NCBI GenBank assembly: GCA_965243025.1
Contig: CBDETY010000003.1
Coordinates: 896,001-960,000, forward strand
Direction: 5' to 3'
DNA from: Candidatus Latescibacterota bacterium
GTDB taxonomy: Bacteria; Latescibacterota; UBA2968; UBA8231
DNA length: 64,000 nucleotides
Position numbers and translations under genes: made by a program. Below, piece after piece: positions 21,223-32,000 of the stretch (positions are counted from its first letter, which is position 1; each line of letters starts with the position of its first letter). The notes below the pieces were generated by a model that searched no databases, was not told the DNA's origin, and saw only the letters and a program-made list of their open reading frames with translations.

Positions 21223-23550
21223 ATGAAAAACACATTCATCAATCGAAAACTCATCGTGCCGGTCCTCGCGGCGATGCTGGTCGTATGCGTCCTGCACGGC
21301 ACCAGCCACGGGGGAGGCACCATTGGTGACGTGGTCGGAGGAATCGTCAGCGTCACGGTAGGCCTTGTCGATGTCGCCGTCGGAGTCGTTGAGGTCGCCG
21401 TCGGAGTCATCGACCTCACCGTCAGCCTCGTTACCACCCTCACCTTGCATACGGCGGCCGTCACCGCCGCGATCTTCAGCCCGGACGGCGCCACGCTGAT
21501 CAGCGCAAGTCTCGACCTCACCGTTGCATTGTGGGATCTCGGGACCGGGTTGCTCAGGGCTACCCTGGAGCATCTGTCTCCGGTCCTGAGCCTGGCCCTG
21601 TGTCCCATAGATGGCTGCCTGCTGGCCAGCGCGACCCTGGACGGAAACCTTCACTTGTGGAACCCGGACACCGGGCACCTCGTCAGGACGGTCGGGCATA
21701 CGGGTGCGATCCTGAGCACGGCCTTCAGTCTCCTTGACCACACCCTGCTGGCCAGTGGAAGCGCAGACGGGACCGTACGCCTCTGGAATGCGGAAACGGG
21801 CGCGATCCAGCGGACGCTCACTGGGCATACCGACAGCGTCCTGAGCGTGGCCTTCAGTTCCAATGGGGGCACGTTGGCCAGCGGCAGCGCTGACGGCACC
21901 ATCCGCCTCTGGAACCCGGACACCGGGCTGCTCGACACCACCCTCACCGGGCATACGGGGTCGGTATTGAGCTTGGCCTTCGGTTCCGACGGCGGCCTGC
22001 TCGCCAGCGGCAGCGCCGACGGCACGGCGCGTTTCTGGGATCCTTCCACCGGGGATCACAAAGCCACTTTGGATCACGAATCCCCTGTCCTGAGCATGGC
22101 CTTCAGTCCGAAGGACAGCCTGTTCGCCAGCGGCAGCGCCGACGGCTCTGCGCACTTGTGGGACCCCCTCACCTGGGAAAGAGAGGCGACCCTGGGGCAC
22201 GAGTCCCCGGTCCGCAGCCTGTCCTTCAGTCCCGACGGAAGCCTACTGGTCAGCGGGGCCGGGGACGGCAAGGTGCGCCAGTGGCAGATCACGCAGGTAG
22301 CCCCGTGTTGCCCCCGGAGCCTGGCCCAGGATTTCAATACCCTGAAAACCGCGGGAAACAACCTCCCCGTTGGTATCTGGTCGGACGGCATTACCCTGTG
22401 GGTATCGGATCTCAGCGCGTCGCTTTTCGCCTACGACCTGTCCACCAAAGCCCGCGACCCCGGCAAGGATTTCAATACCCTGAAAGCCACTGGAAACAAC
22501 TACCCCAGGGGCATCTGGTCGGACGGAACCACCATGTGGGTGGCGGACTGGTTTGACGAGAAGCTGTACGCCTACAACCTGTCCACCAAGGCCCACGACT
22601 CCGCCAAGGATTTCAATACCCTGAGAGCCGCTGGAAACGTCTACCCTGCCGGCATCTGGTCGGACGGAGCCAAAATGTGGGTGACCGACTCCATTGAAGG
22701 CAAGCTGTACGCCTACGACATGGCCTCCAAAGCCCGCGACCCCGGACAAGATTTCAATACCCTGAAAACCGCTGGAAACAACCTCCCCGTTGGCCTCTGG
22801 TCGGACGGCATCACCCTGTGGGTATCGGATCAAAGCGGGTCGCTTCACGCCTACAACCTGTCCACCAAGGCCCACGACCTCGCCAAGGACTTTTACACCC
22901 TGAAAGACGCTGGAAACAACTGGCCCGAGGATATCTGGTCGGATGGAACCACCATGTGGGTGGCGGACAGGAGCGATGGAAAGATCTATGCCTACGACAT
23001 GCCGGCTAGCCGCGGCACCGGGGCCCCAGATACGGCAACCCCGGAACCGTCAACGCAAGCGCCAGCCCCCACCGATTTCAACGGCGACGGAAGGACCGAT
23101 TTCGCCGACTTCTTCCTGTTCATCGACGCCTTCGAAGGGACGGATCCCCGTTTCGACCTGGACGGCAATGGCACGGTCGACTTCGTCGACTTCTTCCGGT
23201 TCATCGACGATTTCGACCAGCCTGAGAGGGCAAAGATGGTGGCCCTGGCCCAGGAACTGTTCGGTTTGCCCAGTGAAACCCAGTTGCAGCAAAACTCCCC
23301 CAACCCGTTCAACAGCGAAACGGTCATTTCCTGGTCTCTGCTCGAGCCGGGTCAAACGCGAATCGAAGTGTTCGCGCTGACGGGACAACGGGTAGCGGTT
23401 CCGCATGAGGGGCCCCAGGAGACCGGTTACCACCGTACTCACTGGGACGGCCGCAACGCAGAGGGTCGCCCCTTGGCCAGCGGCGTCTATCTGTACAGGC
23501 TGGTGACGGGGGAGGGCGTTTTGACGCGGAAGCTCACCTTGCTGCGTTGA
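21223..23550 (+). CDS. Secreted WD40 plus WSDG-repeat protein with dockerin-like module and FlgD-Ig/T9SS-like C-terminal domain
   Basis: GHT...FSPDG..LASGSADGT.RLW repeats, WSDG repeats, conserved C-terminal cassette; starts 11 bp after the upstream stop. Confidence 0.92.
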   Translation: MKNTFINRKLIVPVLAAMLVVCVLHGTSHGGGTIGDVVGGIVSVTVGLVDVAVGVVEVAVGVIDLTVSLVTTLTLHTAAVTAAIFSPDGATLISASLDLTVALWDLGTGLLRATLEHLSPVLSLALCPIDGCLLASATLDGNLHLWNPDTGHLVRTVGHTGAILSTAFSLLDHTLLASGSADGTVRLWNAETGAIQRTLTGHTDSVLSVAFSSNGGTLASGSADGTIRLWNPDTGLLDTTLTGHTGSVLSLAFGSDGGLLASGSADGTARFWDPSTGDHKATLDHESPVLSMAFSPKDSLFASGSADGSAHLWDPLTWEREATLGHESPVRSLSFSPDGSLLVSGAGDGKVRQWQITQVAPCCPRSLAQDFNTLKTAGNNLPVGIWSDGITLWVSDLSASLFAYDLSTKARDPGKDFNTLKATGNNYPRGIWSDGTTMWVADWFDEKLYAYNLSTKAHDSAKDFNTLRAAGNVYPAGIWSDGAKMWVTDSIEGKLYAYDMASKARDPGQDFNTLKTAGNNLPVGLWSDGITLWVSDQSGSLHAYNLSTKAHDLAKDFYTLKDAGNNWPEDIWSDGTTMWVADRSDGKIYAYDMPASRGTGAPDTATPEPSTQAPAPTDFNGDGRTDFADFFLFIDAFEGTDPRFDLDGNGTVDFVDFFRFIDDFDQPERAKMVALAQELFGLPSETQLQQNSPNPFNSETVISWSLLEPGQTRIEVFALTGQRVAVPHEGPQETGYHRTHWDGRNAEGRPLASGVYLYRLVTGEGVLTRKLTLLR

Positions 23551-23625
23551 TGGGTAGGTGTGCTGAAATACTCAGTGGGAGCCACCCTGGGTGGACACAG
23601 AACGAAATTACAGGAGCATAGCCCC

Positions 23626-26600
23626 ATGATAACTCCTGTTTTTTGCTTGGTGTTGTTGGCGTTTCTCAGTTCTTTTTTGACACCCCTGGCGGTCGCCTTT
23701 GCTTCGCCCTCGCCACCTGATAGCGTGCATTTTTCCTGCCAGCTTGTTGATCGCGAGCAGTTTGAGCAGGATCAATCCATTCCCGCGGCAAAGCGGCTAC
23801 AGGATCTGAACGTCGGCGACCCCCGCACGGTGCGGCTCATTTACTACGTACCTGATGACCGTACATATCGCGCCGAGGTAGTTGAAGAGATAAAAACGGG
23901 AATTCGGGAAGTTCAGACCTTCTTCGCCGATCGGATGGAGGCACATGGACACGGTCGAAAAACCTTTACCATTGAAACGGATGACCAAAGCGCCCCGATT
24001 GTTCATCGTGTGGATGGGGGTAAAATTGGAGAGACATTTGATACTAGTAGGAACATCTTCTTAATCGTTGTGGATGACGGAGCAGAGATTAGTCATGGTG
24101 CTACATTCTTGCCTGGTACAAGAAAGGAGGGGATAACAGCGTTCATTTACGGGGGCTGGGACTGGTTTGCAGCAGCGCACGAACTTGGACATGCCTTCTA
24201 CTTGGGTCACGACTTCCGCACTGGTGTCTCGAAGGGTACGGGTATCATGTCGTACGGGCGTGCGGCCCGGTCATCTGCAAGTCTGTCTGCGTGCGCTGCC
24301 GAGCTTCTATCCGTTCATCCCTACTTCAATTCCGCGATCTCAATTGAAGACGGGACACCCCCAACAATTGAACTGACCTCGGCGACTACCTATCCGGTGG
24401 GGTCACAGAGCGTGCCGATCCGACTGAGAATAAAAGATTCAGAGGGCCTCCACCAGGTGATCCTATCAGTAAGCACGCAAATTCACTATATCGGTGGTAC
24501 CGAATTAAAGGCATGTCGCCGACTTGCCAACGAAGACGATAGCGTCATTGAATTCACTTACGATGGCATTGTTCCATCGTCTACTTTTGGTTCCTCGCAA
24601 ACCAGTTTCTCCAATCCCCTTGTCCATAAATTTTCTGTGATGGCGGTTGATACGGATGGGAATAGACACATAGAATTTTTTACTCTCCGACCAGATACCT
24701 GGGAGTACCACATCACGACCATTACGGCCCATTCAGATGGCATCTCGTCTTTCGCATTTTCGCCCGATGGGACAATCCTCGCTGCTTCATCAACGTCATA
24801 TAATGGAGAAGTCAAGTTTTGGGACGTGGAGACAAGAGCGGATACTGGCACCATCCTTTATGAAGAAAAATACGTACAATCTGTAGCATTCTCCCCTGAT
24901 GGAACCATACTCGCTTTAGGGACTGGCGGTTATGGCGAGAGGCGACGGATTGATTTATGGGACGTGGCAGCGCGAACCAGTATTGGCCCCTTTGTAACAG
25001 AACCCGCGCCGTACTATCGGGGATTTCGTTCGATAGTGTTCTCACCCGATGGGACAAAACTCGCTTCAGTGATGCGTGGCGACGAAAGGGCCGACGACCG
25101 TCCTGTCAAACTATGGGATGTTGTGACCAGAGAAATTATCGACACCTTCGAAGGGTCGGGAGTGGCCTTTTCGCCTGATGGGACGATACTTGTTACAGTG
25201 TTAAAGAGTGAAGTGAACTTGTGGGACGTAGCAACGCGAACCCATATCGCCACCATCCAAGACGATAGGACTTCCACTTGGATTGAGGCGTGGCACAGGA
25301 CTATCACCTCGGTAGCATTCTCGCCTGATGGAACAACACTCGCTATAAAAAGAAGGGATAACACATTCGGACTGTGGAATCTGGTGACTCAAGAAAAGAT
25401 CGGGCACTACGGTTGGCCGGATCCACGCGGTGGACGCGGTAGTGGTGCAGTGTTCTCACCGGATGGGTCCATACTTGCCAGCACGTCAACGCATTCGCTA
25501 GATGATCGCTATTTAGATACTGAAATCAACCTGTTTGAGATGACGACAAAAAGTAGAAGGATCGTCGGAACTCTCTCAGGGCATACGAGAGCAGTCACTT
25601 CCGCAGCATTCTCACCGGATGGAAAAATCCTCGCATCCACTGAGAGACATGGTACAACTATCAGGCTCTGGGATACGTCTGAATGGGCAGGTACCCCAGT
25701 GGTCAATCATCCTCCAACGGGTAGGGTAACCATCCGCGGCAGGGCAAAAGTGGGTGAGACCCTGGAAGCAGACGCTTCCGCCGTAGGGGATCCGGACGGG
25801 CCGTTAGCGCTTGAGTTCAGCTACCAGTGGTTGGGAGATCTCTCGCCGATCGCAGGCGCGAAATCTCAAACTTACACCCTAACTGAAAATGAGATCGGCA
25901 AGACTATCAGGGTGCGCGCCAATTATATCGATGGCCTGGGTGCGCCGGTGTACGTTGCCAGCGGAGAAACGGAGATAGTCAATGTGGGAATCTGCGGCCG
26001 CACCACGGAGGTCCAGACTGCCATTCTTGACGACATTGCCGGTATTTCTGACTGCGCGAAGGTGACCGATTCTCACCTCGCGGCGATTACCGATGGCATG
26101 GACGTCACGCTCGGCAGTTCCGTGAAGGCCGGCGATTTCCACGGCCTCACCGGTCTGACTGCATTTGGGCTGGACACGGGGCAGTTGACTTCGCTGCCCG
26201 TTGGGATGTTCACCGACCTCAGCAACGTGACGTACATGGAAATGTACGGCGAGCAATTGACCACTTTGCCCGCTGGGGCGTTCGATGGGCTCACAAGCTT
26301 AACTCTATTTTCCCTAGCTGCGCGGCAGTTGACTGCGCTGCCGGTTGGGGTGTTTGACCCTCTAACTAATCTGACACAGGTAGGATTCGCCGCTAACCTG
26401 AGGACGCTGCCCGATGGCATCTTTGATCAATTAACCGAGCTAAAAAGCCTCAGTCTCAGACTAAGGGGCACTCAACTCACAAGCATGCCCGGTGGCATCT
26501 TTGATCAGTTGACCAACCTGATATCGCTTCACCTTATTACCCCTTCCACAGGCCTACCCGATGGTATCTTTGATCAACTGACTAATCTGACAACGCTTTC

Positions 26601-28695
26601 CTTGGGGGGCACCCAATTAACAAGCCTACCCGATGGCATCTTTGACCGGTTAACCAAATTGACAACCCTCGACCTAGGCGGCCCCATACCAGGCGGCACC
26701 CAGCTAACCATGTTACCCGAAGGCATTAACCGGCTAACAAACTTGACCCAACTTGACCTGAGTGGAAACCAATTGTCAACTATTCCTGATAATCTGTTTT
26801 CTGGACTTTCGTCGCTGACAGAACTCAAACTGTACAATAATGCAGTAAATACGCTGTCTCTTACCGTTTCGCTGGAGAAGGTTGGAAATGATAAATTCAA
26901 AGCGGTAGCACCCTCCGGCGCACCCTTTGACATCGTCCTGCCCGTCAGCGTCACCAACGGAACCATTAACGGCGGGGCAACTGCGCTGACGATTCCCACA
27001 GGAAGCGTGGAAAGCGGAACCCTTACGGTTTTCGGCACGACATTCGCGGTCACCGTGGACATCAGCGACCTGCCGGAGCTGCCTGCTGATACAGACCGTT
27101 TTGGACGTCTTCATAGCGGCTACGCCCTCGCCAAATCCGCTGACTTGCCACTGACATTCACGAATCTGGGCGGAGCCACCTTCACCCCGGTCTGCGACCG
27201 CACCCCGCAGGTGCGCGACGAGATCGTAGAACAATCGCAGGTCAGTGCTTGCGGTGCCGTGACTGAGGGACATCTGGGGGCGATCACGGGTCTCGGCCTA
27301 GGTATAATCACGATTTTGGGTGAGACCGCAGGTGAGGAAATCACGACTCTGCAGTCGGGCGATTTCGACGGGCTGACCGGCCTGACTACCCTCTATGTGT
27401 CGGGCGAACAGTTGAGCAGCATACCTGCCGGAGTCTTCGACGACTTGATCTCGCTGGAAACCCTTTTTCTGACCGGCAATTTCAGCAGCCTGCCTGGCGG
27501 GGTCTTCGACGGACTGACCGGCCTGACCAAGCTTTTTCTGACCGGCAATTTCAGCAGCCTGCCGGACGGCGTCTTCGACAAGCTGACCGGTCTGACTACG
27601 CTTTCAGTGGCTGGCAACTTCAGCAGTCTGCCGGACCGCATTTTTGATAAGCTGACCGGCCTGACGGCGCTGGTGGTGTTTGTGGGCAAGTTGAACAGCC
27701 TGCCGGACGGCGTCTTCCATAAGCTTACAGGCCTGAATACGCTCCTGGTGGGTGGCAGCTTCAGCCGTCTGCCGGACGGCGTCTTCGACGGCCTCACTTC
27801 TCTGACTGTGCTCGAACTGACAGGCAACCTCGACCTTTCCGGGATCACTTCGTTGGCAGGTCTCGAAGAGCTCGACCTGGACGTTGACCCCCTACTCCTT
27901 ACCGTGTCCCTGGAGCAGGTTGGACAGGGACAGTTCAAAGCGGTGGTACCCACCGGTGCGCCGTTTGCTATGGTTCTGCCGATCACCGTTGCAAGCGGCA
28001 GCATCAGCGGCGGCGCAGCCAGCGTCACTGTTCCAGTGGGCAGTGTCGAGAGTGATACCCTCACCGTGACCCGTACCCCCGGTACAACTGCTGCTGTCAC
28101 CGTCGATATCGGCATTTTGCCGGGGCTGCCAACAGACCATTCCGGCTATTCCTTCGCCAAGTCCGCCGACCTCCCGCTCGAAGTCATCAGGGGGACAACT
28201 GGCGGGCAAACTTCCACCGATTTCAACGGCGACGGCGCGACTGATTTCGCCGACTTCTTTCTGTTCATCGACGCCTATGGCGGCACCGATGCCCGCTTCG
28301 ACCTCGACGGCAGCGGCACCGTCGATTTCGTCGACTTCTTCAAGTTCATCGACACCTTCGACCAGCCGGGGCAGGCCAAGCTGGTGGCCTTGGCCCGTGA
28401 GATGCTCGGGTTGCCGGATGGGCCGGAGTTGCGGCAGAACACCCCCAACCCCTTCAACAGCGAGACCGTGATTTCCTGGTTCCTGCTGGAGCCGGGTCCG
28501 GCGCGAGTGGAGGTGTTCGCCCTGACCGGGCAGCGGGTGGCAATGCTTCATCATGGACCCAGCAAGGCCGGGTACCACCGGGTGTACTGGGACGGTCGCG
28601 ACGACCGAGGCCGCCCCCTGGCCAGCGGGGTCTATCTGTACCGATTAGTTACTACCGAGAACGTTCAGGCGCGCAAGCTTACCCTGTTGCGATAG
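23626..28695 (+). CDS. Secreted metzincin-like peptidase with WD40 propeller, two LRR blocks, dockerin-like module and FlgD-Ig/T9SS-like C-terminal domain
   Basis: AGGAG RBS; HELGHAFYLGHD...IMSYG; FSPDG WD40 repeats; LPDG(I/V)FD LRR repeats. Confidence 0.92.
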   Translation: MITPVFCLVLLAFLSSFLTPLAVAFASPSPPDSVHFSCQLVDREQFEQDQSIPAAKRLQDLNVGDPRTVRLIYYVPDDRTYRAEVVEEIKTGIREVQTFFADRMEAHGHGRKTFTIETDDQSAPIVHRVDGGKIGETFDTSRNIFLIVVDDGAEISHGATFLPGTRKEGITAFIYGGWDWFAAAHELGHAFYLGHDFRTGVSKGTGIMSYGRAARSSASLSACAAELLSVHPYFNSAISIEDGTPPTIELTSATTYPVGSQSVPIRLRIKDSEGLHQVILSVSTQIHYIGGTELKACRRLANEDDSVIEFTYDGIVPSSTFGSSQTSFSNPLVHKFSVMAVDTDGNRHIEFFTLRPDTWEYHITTITAHSDGISSFAFSPDGTILAASSTSYNGEVKFWDVETRADTGTILYEEKYVQSVAFSPDGTILALGTGGYGERRRIDLWDVAARTSIGPFVTEPAPYYRGFRSIVFSPDGTKLASVMRGDERADDRPVKLWDVVTREIIDTFEGSGVAFSPDGTILVTVLKSEVNLWDVATRTHIATIQDDRTSTWIEAWHRTITSVAFSPDGTTLAIKRRDNTFGLWNLVTQEKIGHYGWPDPRGGRGSGAVFSPDGSILASTSTHSLDDRYLDTEINLFEMTTKSRRIVGTLSGHTRAVTSAAFSPDGKILASTERHGTTIRLWDTSEWAGTPVVNHPPTGRVTIRGRAKVGETLEADASAVGDPDGPLALEFSYQWLGDLSPIAGAKSQTYTLTENEIGKTIRVRANYIDGLGAPVYVASGETEIVNVGICGRTTEVQTAILDDIAGISDCAKVTDSHLAAITDGMDVTLGSSVKAGDFHGLTGLTAFGLDTGQLTSLPVGMFTDLSNVTYMEMYGEQLTTLPAGAFDGLTSLTLFSLAARQLTALPVGVFDPLTNLTQVGFAANLRTLPDGIFDQLTELKSLSLRLRGTQLTSMPGGIFDQLTNLISLHLITPSTGLPDGIFDQLTNLTTLSLGGTQLTSLPDGIFDRLTKLTTLDLGGPIPGGTQLTMLPEGINRLTNLTQLDLSGNQLSTIPDNLFSGLSSLTELKLYNNAVNTLSLTVSLEKVGNDKFKAVAPSGAPFDIVLPVSVTNGTINGGATALTIPTGSVESGTLTVFGTTFAVTVDISDLPELPADTDRFGRLHSGYALAKSADLPLTFTNLGGATFTPVCDRTPQVRDEIVEQSQVSACGAVTEGHLGAITGLGLGIITILGETAGEEITTLQSGDFDGLTGLTTLYVSGEQLSSIPAGVFDDLISLETLFLTGNFSSLPGGVFDGLTGLTKLFLTGNFSSLPDGVFDKLTGLTTLSVAGNFSSLPDRIFDKLTGLTALVVFVGKLNSLPDGVFHKLTGLNTLLVGGSFSRLPDGVFDGLTSLTVLELTGNLDLSGITSLAGLEELDLDVDPLLLTVSLEQVGQGQFKAVVPTGAPFAMVLPITVASGSISGGAASVTVPVGSVESDTLTVTRTPGTTAAVTVDIGILPGLPTDHSGYSFAKSADLPLEVIRGTTGGQTSTDFNGDGATDFADFFLFIDAYGGTDARFDLDGSGTVDFVDFFKFIDTFDQPGQAKLVALAREMLGLPDGPELRQNTPNPFNSETVISWFLLEPGPARVEVFALTGQRVAMLHHGPSKAGYHRVYWDGRDDRGRPLASGVYLYRLVTTENVQARKLTLLR

Positions 28696-28932
28696 CTCTA
28701 TTTCTCACCCCGGCCAACCCCCATTATTTGGCGGAATTTCCAGTGCTCCTGCTCTTGTCCGGACAATTTTGCAGCTAAATCTCAAAAAGAGTCTGTTCCA
28801 GATAATCCTACTTCCCCAATACAAGGGCAAGAATTCCTGTTCAGTTGACGAGCTACACCTCTGAGAATGCGTTTGTTCAATCATACCCTTTTCTGATCTC
28901 ATTTACCGCGGGTCTGTTTATGAGATGTGCTG
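28501..28932 (+). repeat. Direct repeat copy 1 (about 430 bp): C-terminal-domain end, intergenic DNA and a truncated start of the TPR lipoprotein gene
   Basis: Near-identical to 34222..34653, including the non-coding part and ATGCGTTTGTTCAATCATACC at 28867. Confidence 0.92.
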
Positions 28933-29091
28933 CAATGGAGGCGGCAGATTCCACGGGTCGCGTTTCATTCAGATCGAAAAAGCAGCTTGGAACCGGCAAT
29001 CTGTAGGTGCAAGTAAACAACCCTCGTCAGCGTCAATTCCTGGGATTCTCCGGCTCAACATATCCCAAGCGTATAGGAGAAGAGCCTTCTC

Positions 29092-32000
29092 ATGAAATAT
29101 TTCGTCCTACGGGTGTCTATATTGGGACTGTCCTGCCCCTTCCTCTTGCCACCGTCCTCCGCCTATGCTCATGCCCCCCCGGCGGACAGCGTGCATTTCT
29201 GGGTGCCCTTCGATTTCCAGCAGTGGCGGCGCGATCATCCTCGCCCGGCGGCCAAGGGGCTGGCGGACCTGAACAGGGGCGAACCGCGCACCGTGCGGAT
29301 AATTCACTTAATACCCAACGACCGGCCGTACCGGGCCGCCGCCGTTGATACGATCAAATCGGTGATCCGGCAGATTCAGACGTTCTATTCCGAGCAGATG
29401 CAGGCGCATGGGTACGGCGACCTGAGCTTCCGCTTTGAAACCGACGGCCAGGGAGAGCCGCTGGTGCATCGCCTCGACGGGCAACGTCCCGACCGCGAGT
29501 ATACTGAATCCACGGTGTTTGAGGAGGTCGAACGGGCGTTCGATCTCGACGCGAACCTCTATCTTATCGTCCTTGATTCGGAACCACCGCTTCGCTGGGA
29601 TGACGGAACGACTGTGTTAGGTACGGGAGTCCGATATGGAAAAAGCGGTGGCTTCGCGTGGGTGCCTGATCTGGTAGACGAAAGCATATCGAGGATATCC
29701 TGGAAGATCGCGGCCCATGAACTGGGACATGCCTTCGGCCTGTACCACGATTTCAGGGATGACGAGTACCTCATGGCTTACGGAGTCAAGGGCCCGTACC
29801 GGCTATCCGCGTGCAGCGCCGAATTCCTGGCCGTGCATCCCTACTTCAATCCCGACATCCCCATTGAAGAGGGGTCGCCTCCCGACGTCGAACTCCTTTC
29901 GCCGACCGCCTATCCGGCCGATTCGGAGAGCGTTTCCATCAGAGTCGAAGTCGGCGACGCAGAGGGGGTTCATCAAGTCATCCTCGCTTCCGTATTCGAT
30001 ATTGCGGTGAAGGGGTGCCGAGGCGTGGCGGGCAGGAAAGAGGACGTGCTCGAATTCGAGTATGACGGCATGCATCCCCGGATAACCTGGCAAAATCTTT
30101 CCGATCCGGCTGCTCATCCCATCTTTTTCGGGACCGTCGACGGGGATGGAAACGTGCACGAACAGCAGTACATCCTTACGGCCGCTTCGCCCTATCATGT
30201 TGCCACTCTGGAGGATCATATCCGGACTACGAGGATCACATATTCCGTGGCGTTTTCGCCGGATGGGACCCTCGCCTCCGGGTCGGGGGACGGGACCGTG
30301 AAACTGTGGGACGTAGGGACCAGGGAACTGATCGCCACGCTCGAAGAGCATGCGACTTGGGTGTATTCGGTGGCGTTTTCGCCGGATGGGATCGTCCTCG
30401 CCTCCGGGTCGGGAGACGGTACCGTGAAACTGTGGGACGTGGCGTCCCGGCGGAATACCGCCACGCTTGCGGAGCATTCGGACGAGGTCCTTGCCGTGGC
30501 GTTTTCGCCGGATGGCACAATCCTCGCCTCCGGGTCATACGACAACACCATCAAACTGTGGGACGTGGCGTCTCGGCGGAATACCGCCACGCTTGCGGAA
30601 CATTCGGACGGAGTCCTTTCGGTGGCGTTTTCGCCGGATGGGACCGTCCTCGCCTCCGGGTCATACGACAACACAATCAGACTGTGGGACGTAGAGACCG
30701 GGGAACGGATCGCCACGCTCGAAGGACACTCGTTCTCGGTGAACTCGGTGGTGTTCTCGCGGGATGGCACAATCCTCGCCTCCGGATCAAACGACAACAC
30801 CATCAAACTGTGGGACGTGGTGTCCCGACGGAATACCGCCACCCTTACGGACTGTCGCGAGACGGTTGAAGCGCTGGCTTTTTCTCCTGACGGGGCCACC
30901 CTGGCTGCCGCGTCATGGGACCAGAGAATGATCCTGTGGGACGTAGCGACCGGGAAACGAATCGAGGTGTTCGCGCATACGTCCCCCGTTGAAGCGATAG
31001 CGTTTTCGCCGGATGGGACCACCCTCGCTTCCGGGGCGGGGAATGGCGCGGTGACGTTGTGGAATACCTCGGAGTGGGCAAAGCCCCGTCCCTACCAAGT
31101 GGTGATGATCTCCGGCGACGGCCAGCAGGGCGCCCCCGGCGAAGCGTTGGACCAGCCCCTGGTGGTGGAAGTGCGAGACCAGTACGGCGATCCCGTGCCC
31201 GATGCGCCCGTCATCTTCACGGCCACGGACGCGGAGGGGGCAAAGCTCAGCGGCCGCTTCACGGTTGAACGCGCCATCACCGATGACCACGGCCGGGCGG
31301 CCCTTACGCTCACCCTGGGACTCGCCCCGGGCGCGACCGCCGTTGAAGTATCCTTGGGAGGATGGGGGGAGGGGGTGACGTTTCGTGCGGTGGGCATCGG
31401 ACTCGACATAACCGACATGGAAGGGGATTACCGCACCTGGCATCTGCCTGACGAGGCAAGAGTGCGTCTGGGAACGGGGGCACTCAGTGATTCTGACCGG
31501 AGTCTGGCCTTTTCGCCGGACGGTCAAATCCTCGCCGTAGCCAGCGGCATCGGCGTGTGGCTGTACGATGCGCCCACCGCCCGAGCCTTGGCGCTGCTGC
31601 CTTTCCCGGGTGCCAACGCGTTGGCGTTCTCTCCGGATGGCGCCACCCTCGCCTCCGCGTCGTGGGGGATAACCAAACTGTGGGACGTGGCGAATCGCGA
31701 AGAGATCTTCACGCTCGGACGGTGGGACGAGGGAGGGGGATCCTCGTTGGCGTTCACGCCGGACGGCGCCACCCTCGCCACGGGGAAGTGGGACGGCACA
31801 ATCCGTCTGTGGGACGTGGAAAACCGGCAAAAGATCGTCACCTTGGGAAGGCACGACAGCCAGGTTCAATCGTTGGCGTTCACGCCCGACGGCGCCACCC
31901 TCGCCTCCGGGTCACGGGACGACGGTATAATCCGCCTGTGGGACGTGGAAAACCGCGAAGAGATCGCCACCTTCCAGGAGCATATCGAGGTTGAGTCGTT

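Noticed and set aside
30250-30840. Regular 126-bp tandem repeats (also about 49150-49530, and 66-bp units near 27460-27800)
   Set aside because: They are in-frame WD40 and LRR coding repeats, not CRISPR or satellite DNA.
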